DNA of 64,000 nt from a virus, in the IMG/VR virus record IMGVR_UViG_3300027704_003324, positions 32,001 to 96,000 of that record; one strand, written 5' to 3'. Positions 8,589-17,967 of the stretch are shown piece after piece; the first letter of the stretch is position 1; every line of letters begins with the position of its first letter. The notes beneath the pieces are model-generated. The model was given only the letters and a program-made list of their open reading frames with translations, had not been told where the DNA came from and did no database searches. Both the position numbers and the translations under genes were made by a program.

Positions 8589-10952
8589 TTAATGCCCTTC
8601 ACTCCAGTTATTAGCGATTTCAGGAGGTGCTTTTAAAGTAACTCCAGGTAGTACTGTAGTATCTTCCATAATCTGTTGAACATGAGGAGCAAACATTGCA
8701 GCATCCTTTTCAGATACGTTAATAATCAATTGATCATGAACCTGAGCTTGAACAATAGCATCTATGCCTAGTTCTTTTGCTTTACGGTTAATCATTACAG
8801 CAGCTCTATTTACTACGGCAGCTGCTAGTGACTGCAATTGAAAGTTAAGACAGTTATTAAGTCCGTTACGGTAATCTCTATAAGCTTGCATAACAGCTTC
8901 TTTACCGTATTGAGGAGTAATACTTTGTCTGAATCTCCAATCCATCATTTGATCTCCGTACTTGCCAAAGATCTTTTTCACTTTAGGTAAGTGCCTAACT
9001 CTACCAACATAGTTTTTAATATAACCATGATCTTTAACTTGAGTTCTAGAATCTAACCTCCATTGCTTAAGTTGAGGAAATCCATCTAGATAACCTTTTA
9101 CTAATCCTTCAGCAGACTTTTGATCAATACCTAAAGTCATTTTAAGAGCATAAGCTTCCATACCGTATGCAATACCTAATGAATAAGCTTTAGCTTTATT
9201 ACGAGCAGGCCCATCTAACTTCTTTAAGTAGTTATCTGCTTTCTTATCTGCAGATACTCCGTTAGGAAAACGAGATTTCTGATCGTCTAACTTCTCAGTT
9301 TTAATAGCTACAGTAGAGTAGAAGTCCCATCCTTTATTAAAGATCTCTTGAAGAGCAGTATCACCAGTAACAGAAGCAAAGCAATGAGGCTCTAGAGATT
9401 CGTAATCGGCATCGATTACTTTTCTACCTTTACCTGCAATCATAAATTCTCTAACTATATTAGTATACTTAACGATAATAGGAGCATCCTCACCTTCTTC
9501 TTTAGGTTTAGGAAGCTGCTGAGCATCAGAACCATATCTACCGGATACAGTACCGTTCTGCTTATAGTAGAAGTAGTATCTACCGTCCTCTTGACGATCT
9601 CTAAAACGATCTACATAAGTAGATTTAATCTTAAGAAGCTTATTGTATACACGTAAATTTTCAGCCCAAGAATAAGTCTTCGCTAAATCTTCTATCATAT
9701 CCATATCGAATTGAGCTCTACCGCTTTTAGTCTGACCAGCAGCTTTTAGAGGTTTAATGCCCATATACCCAAATACTATTTCACCTAAATGCTTTTTAGA
9801 TTGAATATTTAAGTATTCACCGTCGTTAGACTCTTTCCACATAGCCATAGATATTCTAGCTTGCTCTACTTCTTCGATAAGATCTACGTTACCAGTCATT
9901 AAGAACTCTTTTACTTTTTCTTCTTTATCGTTAGACGGTTCATAAGCTTCTATATTCTTCTGAGTAAGAGAGTACTTGCCAGTCTTTTCAGATTTCGGTA
10001 AAGGTATAGAGTAACGAGTAACTAGGTTCTGAGCCCAATTACCTTTATGGGATACGGGATATTGATCTAATGCAGTAGCTACTATCCAACTCTTAGTTTC
10101 ATCTAAAGCTAATAAAGACTTCATTACGATCTCTTTATTATTAATCAAATCTGCTGCAATAGCAGTATAAGTAGATTCTATTAAGTCCATATCTAAATCA
10201 ACTCCTTCAGCTTCCATAGGTACAGTAACTTCTCTGTAGATAGGCATTACCTCATCCTCAAAGAAGAACTTCTCTAGTCCTTCCTCTTTAAGTTTCTTTA
10301 AATATAAATTACATATACGTAAAGTTAAATCCGTATCTGCCGATGCATACTTACTAAGTATATCTAAATCAGCTTTAAAGATTTCATAGAGTAGTTTAGT
10401 AGTAGAACCACCATTCTTCTTAATAGACTCTTTAAGCTCTAATTGCTCTTGGTTAGCAGCTTCCTGAACATCTAATCCTAACTCTTTTTGATTCATTATA
10501 GCAATAGACTTTAATCCAAAAGGATTACCAAATCCAAAAGCTCCTTCTTCGTATACCGTATGAACTAATAGTCCAGTATCGACATATATATCTTCTATCA
10601 AATCTACTCCGAAGTAGTTCTTAATAAACTGAACATCAAAGGAAGCATTATGGAAGACTAGTTTCTTACCTTTAAGTAACTTAAGTAAATTCCTAGATAA
10701 TAGTTCAGTAGAAGTACCGTCAATCTCTTGCAGCACTAATTCATCTTTCTCATAATCAAAAACTAAGGTTGGTAGATAAAAACCTACTCCTTCATCTCCA
10801 GATACAGACCATCCGATGATCTTATTCTTTCTAGGGTTTAAACCAGTAGTCTCAGTATCGACTGCTATTACGTCAGAGTCAATAATGTGTTGATGTAGTA
10901 GTTCAAGAGTTTCTTTATCTTGAACCGTGTAATACTTTTTTTCTAATTGCAT
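8589..10952 (-). CDS. polA: family A DNA polymerase with 3'-5' exonuclease domain
   Basis: Exo I DTETTGL, HNASFD; motif A DADYESLE, motif B RNKAKAYSLGIAYG, motif C QVHDQL. Confidence 0.93.
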   Translation of the reverse strand: MQLEKKYYTVQDKETLELLHQHIIDSDVIAVDTETTGLNPRKNKIIGWSVSGDEGVGFYLPTLVFDYEKDELVLQEIDGTSTELLSRNLLKLLKGKKLVFHNASFDVQFIKNYFGVDLIEDIYVDTGLLVHTVYEEGAFGFGNPFGLKSIAIMNQKELGLDVQEAANQEQLELKESIKKNGGSTTKLLYEIFKADLDILSKYASADTDLTLRICNLYLKKLKEEGLEKFFFEDEVMPIYREVTVPMEAEGVDLDMDLIESTYTAIAADLINNKEIVMKSLLALDETKSWIVATALDQYPVSHKGNWAQNLVTRYSIPLPKSEKTGKYSLTQKNIEAYEPSNDKEEKVKEFLMTGNVDLIEEVEQARISMAMWKESNDGEYLNIQSKKHLGEIVFGYMGIKPLKAAGQTKSGRAQFDMDMIEDLAKTYSWAENLRVYNKLLKIKSTYVDRFRDRQEDGRYYFYYKQNGTVSGRYGSDAQQLPKPKEEGEDAPIIVKYTNIVREFMIAGKGRKVIDADYESLEPHCFASVTGDTALQEIFNKGWDFYSTVAIKTEKLDDQKSRFPNGVSADKKADNYLKKLDGPARNKAKAYSLGIAYGMEAYALKMTLGIDQKSAEGLVKGYLDGFPQLKQWRLDSRTQVKDHGYIKNYVGRVRHLPKVKKIFGKYGDQMMDWRFRQSITPQYGKEAVMQAYRDYRNGLNNCLNFQLQSLAAAVVNRAAVMINRKAKELGIDAIVQAQVHDQLIINVSEKDAAMFAPHVQQIMEDTTVLPGVTLKAPPEIANNWSEGH

Positions 10953-10969
10953 ATATATAACCGTTTTAT

Positions 10970-11515
10970 TTATTTAATAATATACGAAAAATTATTCAGA
11001 ATAAAAAATTCTTGAACAGCTTTTTTTCCGTCTTTTATATTTAACTTGTCTTGGTACATTTTTTCTATTGTATCCAATCTTGGAGTATAATCTACTTCTA
11101 TATCATCGTCCATTTGCGTAATTTTATCATCAAATGCTCTAGTATAAATTTCAAATTCTCCTCCAAACTCTTTTAAGAATTCATGCATTGCTGGAGCTAG
11201 CCATCCTGTATTGGCTCCTGATCCTTGTAAGTAGTTTCTTCCTATTCTCTGGTAAAGTTTCTGTGTACATCCTATTTTAAAATGTTGCTGTTTTCCGTCA
11301 GGAGCTTTATACACAAGGTCATAAATTGCTCTTTGCATAGGAAAGTCTGTTGGGACCATAGTAATATGATCTTTAGTATCTCTTCTGACTTTTAGTTTAA
11401 GGAAATACTTGTATCTATTTACTTCTGTAATATGCTCTGTTAGAGCTCTTTTGCTTTGTTCTAGTTCTCTCGGCAAAACAAATGAGTCTAGGTACTCAAA
11501 ATTCTTTGGAATCAT
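10970..11515 (-). CDS. GIY-YIG-like endonuclease
   Basis: AIY...FKIGCT...QRI pattern. Confidence 0.5.
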   Translation of the reverse strand: MIPKNFEYLDSFVLPRELEQSKRALTEHITEVNRYKYFLKLKVRRDTKDHITMVPTDFPMQRAIYDLVYKAPDGKQQHFKIGCTQKLYQRIGRNYLQGSGANTGWLAPAMHEFLKEFGGEFEIYTRAFDDKITQMDDDIEVDYTPRLDTIEKMYQDKLNIKDGKKAVQEFFILNNFSYIIK

Positions 11516-11559
11516 TATAACCTTTTTAATTATTAATATACCTTAAGATACGAAATATT

Positions 11560-12138
11560 CTACAACTTACCAACTAATTCTTCAGGTAAATCTTCATCTT
11601 TTATCTTAATATTATTTTCTTTTTCTATCTGAATCAGACACATACGTTTCATATTAATGTCTCCTGTAGAATATGCCCAAATAATAGAAGCTTTAAGTCC
11701 TTCTATTTTATTGCCAAAACTTGAACAGCTTTTTTCTAGAAGCTCTTTCTCGTTTTCAGATACTTCAAAAGTAATATCATTGTTAGTAGCCCAATTGAGC
11801 AGTCCCATAAAATCATTAGAGTCATAGTACTCTTTTATTTCATTGAAATCTTCCAATGAGCCTCCTTTATCCGGATGAGCTTTAATTGATACTTTTCGGT
11901 ATAATTTTTTTAGCTTCTCTGGTTTCTCTTTCTTTTTAGCTATATTGTCTCCAGGAGGAGTATCTCTCATCTCTCCTGTGTCTTTATTTACCCAATATTC
12001 TTTTTTTACTTTATCAAAATACTTACCAAAAGTTGACTCCCATATTTTCTCATATTCTTTAAACTCCTCTTGAGTTTCTTCAAACTCTAGTTTTAAAAAT
12101 TGGTACTTATGAGAGTACTTCTTTATGAATTTTGACAT
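11560..12138 (-). CDS. J-domain (DnaJ-like) protein
   Basis: LKKLYRKVSIKAHPDKGG with HPD motif. Confidence 0.8.
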   Translation of the reverse strand: MSKFIKKYSHKYQFLKLEFEETQEEFKEYEKIWESTFGKYFDKVKKEYWVNKDTGEMRDTPPGDNIAKKKEKPEKLKKLYRKVSIKAHPDKGGSLEDFNEIKEYYDSNDFMGLLNWATNNDITFEVSENEKELLEKSCSSFGNKIEGLKASIIWAYSTGDINMKRMCLIQIEKENNIKIKDEDLPEELVGKL

Positions 12139-12407
12139 TAATATTCTCCGTATAAGTCGAATACCTTAGCTTCCGGAACTTCTTCTTCTACTATAAATTC
12201 TTTAATTGCAAATAGTTTTCCGTTTAATGGCTCTAACCTATAATGTCCTTTAAATTTAGTTTTTCGTAAGTACTGAGTTAATGCTTCTACTAGACCTTCA
12301 ACAACTGTCTCTTTATCTATTACTAGTTCCCAGTTATCTCCAGGAGGAACACGAACTGCAATTAGTTCGTATTCTTCTTCGATCTTTGTTTTGTTATCTT
12401 CAGCCAT
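12138..12407 (-). CDS. hypothetical protein
   Basis: 89 aa, translationally coupled to neighbours. Confidence 0.7.
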   Translation of the reverse strand: MAEDNKTKIEEEYELIAVRVPPGDNWELVIDKETVVEGLVEALTQYLRKTKFKGHYRLEPLNGKLFAIKEFIVEEEVPEAKVFDLYGEY

Positions 12408-13348
12408 TATTGTCTTAATGTTTTCTTAATTCTATAGTCTCTTGAAGTAAAGAATTCAGGTATTAAAGATGAATGGCTAGCTCTAACAGGGTTAATATCT
12501 AAACCTCCTCTACGAGTATACAGACAAGATACCATTAACTGTTCTGGTTCGTATGCGTCTGATAGATGCTTATATACCATTTCGCAAATCTCTTCATGAA
12601 AATGACTTACTGTACGGTGAGAAACTATATACTTAGCTAGTGAATCAGCAGATGGTAATTTCTTACCTACCATTTTAATAAATACATCTCCCCAATCAGG
12701 TTGATTAGTAACTCTACAATTAGATCTAAGTAAGTTAGATTTTAATTTAACCTCTTTAGCTACATCTGATGTATCTTCTACTGCTAATTGAGTAGCATCA
12801 GATTGAAACGATGTAAAGTCAATTTGATCTAAATCTACTAATCCTCCTAAGTCTTCGTAACCTTCAAAAGATAGTTCTAATCCTTCTTCTTCACTTGCAA
12901 AGAAAGTAACAATTGTATTAGTTTCTAAAAGTTCATCTAAGTCTCTTTTAACAGTAGCTTCTATTCCAGTAATACAGTCCATAGCATTATCAGCTATTCT
13001 AGTCATATTGAAAGAATTCAAATATAACTTAATAGATTTAGACTCTACGTGAAATTCAGAATCAGAAGGGCATGTAATTTTAAGGAGTCCTGCTACTGGT
13101 TGACCTTTAGTCGTAATAGCAGATACTTCATAACAGTTCCATGTATCAACTCCTACAAAACTATCTGATGTTAGGTCGTAGCCTTCTCTATTTAAGTATC
13201 TAGGGATTTTAACTAATAGCTCTCTATTATACTGGTCAGAGTATCCATCTCCACCAACTTTACCTAAGTGCTTTCCAGCAATTGCTACTACTTCGTCGTA
13301 ATTTTTTACTTTTTCCATTTTATTTATTTTATTATATAATCTATCCAC
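12407..13348 (-). CDS. queF: NADPH-dependent 7-cyano-7-deazaguanine (preQ0) reductase, bimodular type; start probably MEKVK near 13318
   Basis: VESKSIKLYLNSF, LLRSNCRVTNQPDWG with catalytic Cys, FHEEICE, YTRRGGLDINP. Confidence 0.93.
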   Translation of the reverse strand: MDRLYNKINKMEKVKNYDEVVAIAGKHLGKVGGDGYSDQYNRELLVKIPRYLNREGYDLTSDSFVGVDTWNCYEVSAITTKGQPVAGLLKITCPSDSEFHVESKSIKLYLNSFNMTRIADNAMDCITGIEATVKRDLDELLETNTIVTFFASEEEGLELSFEGYEDLGGLVDLDQIDFTSFQSDATQLAVEDTSDVAKEVKLKSNLLRSNCRVTNQPDWGDVFIKMVGKKLPSADSLAKYIVSHRTVSHFHEEICEMVYKHLSDAYEPEQLMVSCLYTRRGGLDINPVRASHSSLIPEFFTSRDYRIKKTLRQ

Positions 13349-13938
13349 TTTGTTCCTTTAGTATCTATATTAGGAAATTCAAATACTCTTACAATAGCGT
13401 GTTTATCATCACCAATTGTAATTGTCTTTCTAAACCCTGAGGGTATAGTTGCACCAGTCGGTAAAACTACTTCTTCTCCTTCAAATAATACGTCTACTCT
13501 TACTTTAACATCTTCGTTAAAGAAGTTTGCTGCTGATCTTTCAAAAGCCTCTAATTTACTCCATTGACCTCTATTTAACCCTTGATGCTGTAAAGCTGAA
13601 TTAAGGTAAGAGAACGTTTTATACAGCATACCGGTATTACAGCTAAATGATGCTGCTGGTGCTAAATGACCTTTATCCCATATATTGTCTTTATAGTCTT
13701 CATCATCTGAGGTTACAATCATGTCTGGTTCCCAGAATTCCATACCTACTCTTGAAGCATTTCCATTAGAACAGAGTACTGTATATTCTACCCATAATGG
13801 TTGCTGTCTCTGTTGATCGTACTCTACTGTGAATATATCGGTTACTATAACTTGTGCGTTTGCAGTAGTTGAAGAAATGATAAAAGCAAAAGCCAATAAC
13901 ATCATCCAAAACAATTCTACTTTATCTAATTTTTTCAT
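13324..13938 (-). CDS. DNA/RNA non-specific endonuclease with signal peptide
   Basis: DKGHLAPA, N..LQ...LNRGQW..LE; hydrophobic N-terminus ending ANA-Q. Confidence 0.88.
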   Translation of the reverse strand: MKKLDKVELFWMMLLAFAFIISSTTANAQVIVTDIFTVEYDQQRQQPLWVEYTVLCSNGNASRVGMEFWEPDMIVTSDDEDYKDNIWDKGHLAPAASFSCNTGMLYKTFSYLNSALQHQGLNRGQWSKLEAFERSAANFFNEDVKVRVDVLFEGEEVVLPTGATIPSGFRKTITIGDDKHAIVRVFEFPNIDTKGTKWIDYIIK

Positions 13939-13939
13939 A

Positions 13940-14458
13940 CTATTTTATAAATTTTAATATTTGCTCTACTCTTTGCATAGGAGAACCTGTTATCGTCAAA
14001 TAAGGTTGACGTACACCTTCTAATACTGCTTTAAACTCTTCATCAATATCTGTTCTCCACTTTTCATTTACACTTCTTACTCCATCATCTACTGATTCAA
14101 ATTCAATAGGGAAGTAAACATAGTGAGTATATTCTCCTTTTACTCTATTCCAAGTATCATTTATATAGTTATATGTCTTAATAGATAATTCATCCATAAA
14201 CTTAGAATATACGAGTAAATCCATATAACACCTATCTAAGACTAGGTTATAAGGTTGAAGTAAAGCCTCTAAATGAAAACTACTAATAGCTAACTGAGTA
14301 GCATCAGTACCTTTCTCATTAATAGGAAATCCGTAACTACCTACAGTTCTAGTAGATTCATTTACGAATTCATATTTAGGTAATTTATTTTTAAGTAATT
14401 CATAAACAGTAGTCTTACCTGTACTACTAGCTCCTACTAATGCAATTCTCTTTATCAT
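13940..14458 (-). CDS. AAA_28/NadR-like P-loop nucleotide kinase
   Basis: GASSTGKTT Walker A, LDRCYMD, DDGVR. Confidence 0.75.
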   Translation of the reverse strand: MIKRIALVGASSTGKTTVYELLKNKLPKYEFVNESTRTVGSYGFPINEKGTDATQLAISSFHLEALLQPYNLVLDRCYMDLLVYSKFMDELSIKTYNYINDTWNRVKGEYTHYVYFPIEFESVDDGVRSVNEKWRTDIDEEFKAVLEGVRQPYLTITGSPMQRVEQILKFIK

Positions 14459-14507
14459 ATAACCTCTTTATTTACTTAAAGATACGAATTATTTCTCTAA
14501 TAACCTA

Positions 14508-15050
14508 CTACACACCTGCTTTTCTTAAAAAATGAATCCATAAGTATTCAGATCTCTGCTGTAATGCTTTAAACATTTCGTCCTTAGTAATACGCCAAGC
14601 ATTAAATCTTTCCTCTGATATTATTTTACCTTCATCTACTCCTGCAGTTACCTTATGTAATACACATCCCATAACATCATGTTTAGCTTCATAAGCTCTA
14701 ATTTGAGGGTCTTTACCTTTTAATTCTGGGTACTCAGTAATAAGGCCTGGATGACCGTTATAAATTCCATGCTTTTCGCATATTGATGGAGGAACTACTC
14801 TTAACCATCCGTGTAAAGTAATTAAACTATCTGGAAAGTATACAAGTAGGTCTTCATACTCTTCTAAGGTAGGTTTATTACTCATAGTGAAATAACCTTT
14901 CTTTTCTATTCTAGAATCTATTGTTCTAAGGTGTTCAGGTCTATCATTAGTAATTATCCTATCAGGCCAGCGTCCTAAGCTTTCCGCTAAGTTAGCTATT
15001 TCAGAACCTGTTTGACTAAAAAACGCTATCCAAGTATTTGATTCACTCAT
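14508..15050 (-). CDS. PurN-like formyltransferase (candidate DpdN, preQ1 formyltransferase)
   Basis: FSQTGS, LHGWLRVVP, YNGHPG, GCVLHKVTAGVDEG; context of que genes. Confidence 0.8.
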   Translation of the reverse strand: MSESNTWIAFFSQTGSEIANLAESLGRWPDRIITNDRPEHLRTIDSRIEKKGYFTMSNKPTLEEYEDLLVYFPDSLITLHGWLRVVPPSICEKHGIYNGHPGLITEYPELKGKDPQIRAYEAKHDVMGCVLHKVTAGVDEGKIISEERFNAWRITKDEMFKALQQRSEYLWIHFLRKAGV

Positions 15051-15726
15051 TTAATGTTGTTGATTTAATTCTAATATTTTCTATCTGTATAGGTTTTATA
15101 CCTCTAAGTTTAAAACTCAAACCTAATGCAAGACCTGGTCCATTACCTTTACCGCTAAAACTATTATCTTCAGATCCTATTTCAATCCATAGTTTTTCAG
15201 CTAAAGTTAAGTCTAAAACTATACCCTTAAGATACGAATTATAAGGCAGTATTCCAACTTGTTCTAGTACTGGTGTTACTTCAGTTGGGTCTACTCCTAA
15301 AGATTCCATATACTTTACTGCTTTGCTCCAGTATGCCTTTGTATACCAAGATCCTTTCCAACCACTTTGTACATAAAAATTATCGTCTGGTGGTATATGT
15401 GATGCTTTTACAGCATCTTTAAGTTTATCAGCGTCTGCATAAATAACTTGTTGTTTAATACATTGTGATATGAATATTGGCCAATAGTACTGTTCGAAAT
15501 AATTAAAAACTCCTTTGTTTGTCGGAGCCATATTAAAGATATTATAACCCTCTACTTCTATGTGAACATCGGTTTGAAGATATATAGTTGACTTCTTATC
15601 AATATATTTTATATTATTTAAAAAATCTTTTCTATGTTCATCTCCTATTGCTATGATACAATAATTAGCCATTTGTAAACCATTTAAATTTTTGTATATT
15701 ATTTTTAATAGTATCCAACTGCTCAA
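15043..15726 (-). CDS. hypothetical protein (start probably MANYC near 15672)
   Basis: ORF inside the operon; YADAD DxD-like motif. Confidence 0.55.
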   Translation of the reverse strand: MSSWILLKIIYKNLNGLQMANYCIIAIGDEHRKDFLNNIKYIDKKSTIYLQTDVHIEVEGYNIFNMAPTNKGVFNYFEQYYWPIFISQCIKQQVIYADADKLKDAVKASHIPPDDNFYVQSGWKGSWYTKAYWSKAVKYMESLGVDPTEVTPVLEQVGILPYNSYLKGIVLDLTLAEKLWIEIGSEDNSFSGKGNGPGLALGLSFKLRGIKPIQIENIRIKSTTLNE

Positions 15727-16462
15727 TTGTGAGCTCTGAGTTAATTAGTTCATGAAGTTTCTGACGCTCTTTAGACCATAGTCCATCGGTTCCGTATGTA
15801 ATTCCTTTAATTCCATGTACTACAGGATTTGAAGTATCTAATGAGTAGATCCAATCATAGTCAGAATGCTTATAAAAACTAAACTCTTGAGGAAGTCCAC
15901 ATCCTAATAAGTGATGAGGCTTATCTTTATTAATTACCCCGTCTTTAAGTAAGTCTCCTAGTAGCTTAACACGTCCTAGCATCCAACTAACGTACTTGTT
16001 AGCATGAGGAAAAGAATCGGTGTAATACGAATAATCAAAAGAGATAGCAATCATATCTACATTAGCTATTTCATCCATAGCTTTGTAACATTCTCTGATT
16101 TGCTTATAATTTTTACCTTGAACAACCCCTATACTTTTACCAGGGACATCACTATGGTTTTTAGTCCAATTTGCAGCTTGTTGCATAGTCTTATGAGCAT
16201 CTTCTAAAGCATCCGGAATAATATACCAAGTAGGTCTTATTTCTTTAACCCAATATGCAAATTTATGTGCATCAAACGCTTCTTCTAATTCAAAGATAGA
16301 GTTATCTAAAATAACCTCTCTACCACTAGCTATTGCTTTCTTAAATTGTTCCAAATAAATTGGATCCTCTTCAAAGAGGTGCACTAAGGCATAATCGTAA
16401 TCAGTTAAATACTGTACTTCATCAAAAATACTCTTCGGACTTTCGTGTGCTATTTTAATCAT
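15665..16462 (-). CDS. TGT-fold protein, candidate DpdA3-type deazaguanine insertion enzyme
   Basis: ILDNSIFE, IIPD, GVVQG, HHLLG, SLDTS: the TGT/DpdA TIM-barrel motif series; located among que genes. Confidence 0.7.
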   Translation of the reverse strand: MIKIAHESPKSIFDEVQYLTDYDYALVHLFEEDPIYLEQFKKAIASGREVILDNSIFELEEAFDAHKFAYWVKEIRPTWYIIPDALEDAHKTMQQAANWTKNHSDVPGKSIGVVQGKNYKQIRECYKAMDEIANVDMIAISFDYSYYTDSFPHANKYVSWMLGRVKLLGDLLKDGVINKDKPHHLLGCGLPQEFSFYKHSDYDWIYSLDTSNPVVHGIKGITYGTDGLWSKERQKLHELINSELTIEQLDTIKNNIQKFKWFTNG

Positions 16463-16643
16463 TTATTTCTGTTCTAAAACCTTTATCTAAATTAACCAAT
16501 GACTTTTGTACCATATTTACTACCTCATCTAATTTTAAAGTAACTAAATCAATGGCTGCAGTTGCAGTATCAAGAGGTATATACTTTACTCCCTCTATCT
16601 CTTTTACATCTTTCAGTAGATCTATTTGCTTATCTTTACTCAT
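16455..16643 (-). CDS. hypothetical protein
   Basis: 62 aa coupled ORF. Confidence 0.6.
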   Translation of the reverse strand: MSKDKQIDLLKDVKEIEGVKYIPLDTATAAIDLVTLKLDEVVNMVQKSLVNLDKGFRTEIND

Positions 16644-17227
16644 TATATTCCTATTGATTCGTTTCTAAATTTAGCTAATTCATCATCAGAGAAGAATTGA
16701 TGTAAGTCTGGTCTGAAGTAATTAGTTGCTTTCATTACTTTTCGGTCTCTAGATCGATAGACAATATACCGTCCTTCCTTAACCTTCTCAAAATGGCAGG
16801 CCTCACCTTGCTCCGTACTTCTTTGGCTGACGGCCTGTATGGCTTCTTCTTCAGTAGTACAAGCTTTTGACATATTGCTTGCTTGTACTTCTGCATATGC
16901 GGGCCGTATCTTATCCTTAAGGCCATGTAGCATAACACCGTTCCCAAGGGAAACATAAGTAATGTCGCACAAAGCGTCCAGAACTTCCACAATGTCTCCG
17001 TTTTCGCAAGCGACTCTATATTCTTCAAGTTCTTCGAGTATGAAGTCGTAAACGAATTGCCACTCTTTCTTAGCTGGTATAGTAGGTTCATAATTATTTG
17101 GTTTATTAAAAGTATCGTTAAAAATCTCTACTTCATCTACGAAAGGAACTGGGTTGATAGTAACCTTACCATCCGCCTCACTCCAGTTTCCAGCTTTTTC
17201 AGGAAATAATTTTAATTGCTCACTCAT
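16643..17227 (-). CDS. MazG-like all-alpha NTP pyrophosphohydrolase
   Basis: EELEEY...EVLDALCDITYV...EVQASNMSK...KVMK. Confidence 0.85.
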   Translation of the reverse strand: MSEQLKLFPEKAGNWSEADGKVTINPVPFVDEVEIFNDTFNKPNNYEPTIPAKKEWQFVYDFILEELEEYRVACENGDIVEVLDALCDITYVSLGNGVMLHGLKDKIRPAYAEVQASNMSKACTTEEEAIQAVSQRSTEQGEACHFEKVKEGRYIVYRSRDRKVMKATNYFRPDLHQFFSDDELAKFRNESIGI

Positions 17228-17228
17228 C

Positions 17229-17432
17229 TTAATATACTTTAATAATTCTAGATTCTGTTAAGCTAATAATTTTAAAGTTAGTCTCACTAAGCTCTTCTAA
17301 CATTTTATATGTTTTAGCTTCAGCTTCTGTTCCTGTCATAGCATCTACTAAGTATACTTCTTTTACTTTTTGAATTCTACCATTATCGTTTTCTCTTTCA
17401 AACTGGGTAGTTACTTGCCAATAATTTGTCAT
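17229..17432 (-). CDS. DUF4494-like protein
   Basis: NGRIQKVKEVYLVDAMTGTEAEAK, a pattern typical of Bacteroidota DUF4494. Confidence 0.75.
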   Translation of the reverse strand: MTNYWQVTTQFERENDNGRIQKVKEVYLVDAMTGTEAEAKTYKMLEELSETNFKIISLTESRIIKVY

Positions 17433-17439
17433 ATCTCTT

Positions 17440-17967
17440 TTATTTATTTAATTTATTAGTATTTTCTTTAGGCATTGTTAAACCTCCTATAAGGTTTATG
17501 TCATCTCTTTCGTCCTGTCTTTCATCTGGTTCGTTTGCTAAAAGCTCATTAGCCATTTCTATCCACTCCGGTAGGTCTACTTGTTCTTTATCTAAGACCT
17601 CTTGCATAGTTCCGATCCATTCATCTTCTCTTTTATAATCATCTTCTAATCGTACTATATCATCTTCTCCGAAGTAGGTACCAGTCTGTACTTCTATAAA
17701 TCTTACTGGTTTATCTGTTTCATTCCAAGCTCTATGTTTAGCTCCTAATGGTATTTTAATAGATTCTCCTGCTTTTCTAAATACTTTCTCATCATCAAGT
17801 ATAATAGTTAGTTCACCGTAGATAACAGTCCACTGCTCTTTACGTTTCGTGTGGTACTGGTAAGAGAGTCTTTGTCCGGGTTCAACTTCTATAATCTTAA
17901 CTTTAGCTTCTGAGGTATCATGTAATACTTCATATGCACCCCAAGGTCTATATTCTAATGACGACAT
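17440..17967 (-). CDS. mannose-6-phosphate isomerase type II C-terminal cupin
   Basis: RPWG, PGQRLSYQYH..R.E.W, IEVQTGTYFGEDDIVRLEDDY. Confidence 0.88.
   Translation of the reverse strand: MSSLEYRPWGAYEVLHDTSEAKVKIIEVEPGQRLSYQYHTKRKEQWTVIYGELTIILDDEKVFRKAGESIKIPLGAKHRAWNETDKPVRFIEVQTGTYFGEDDIVRLEDDYKREDEWIGTMQEVLDKEQVDLPEWIEMANELLANEPDERQDERDDINLIGGLTMPKENTNKLNK

Noticed and set aside
14508-15050. Annotation as purN for de novo purine synthesis
   Set aside because: No other pur genes in the window, and its location between the DpdA-like gene and queF favours base formylation
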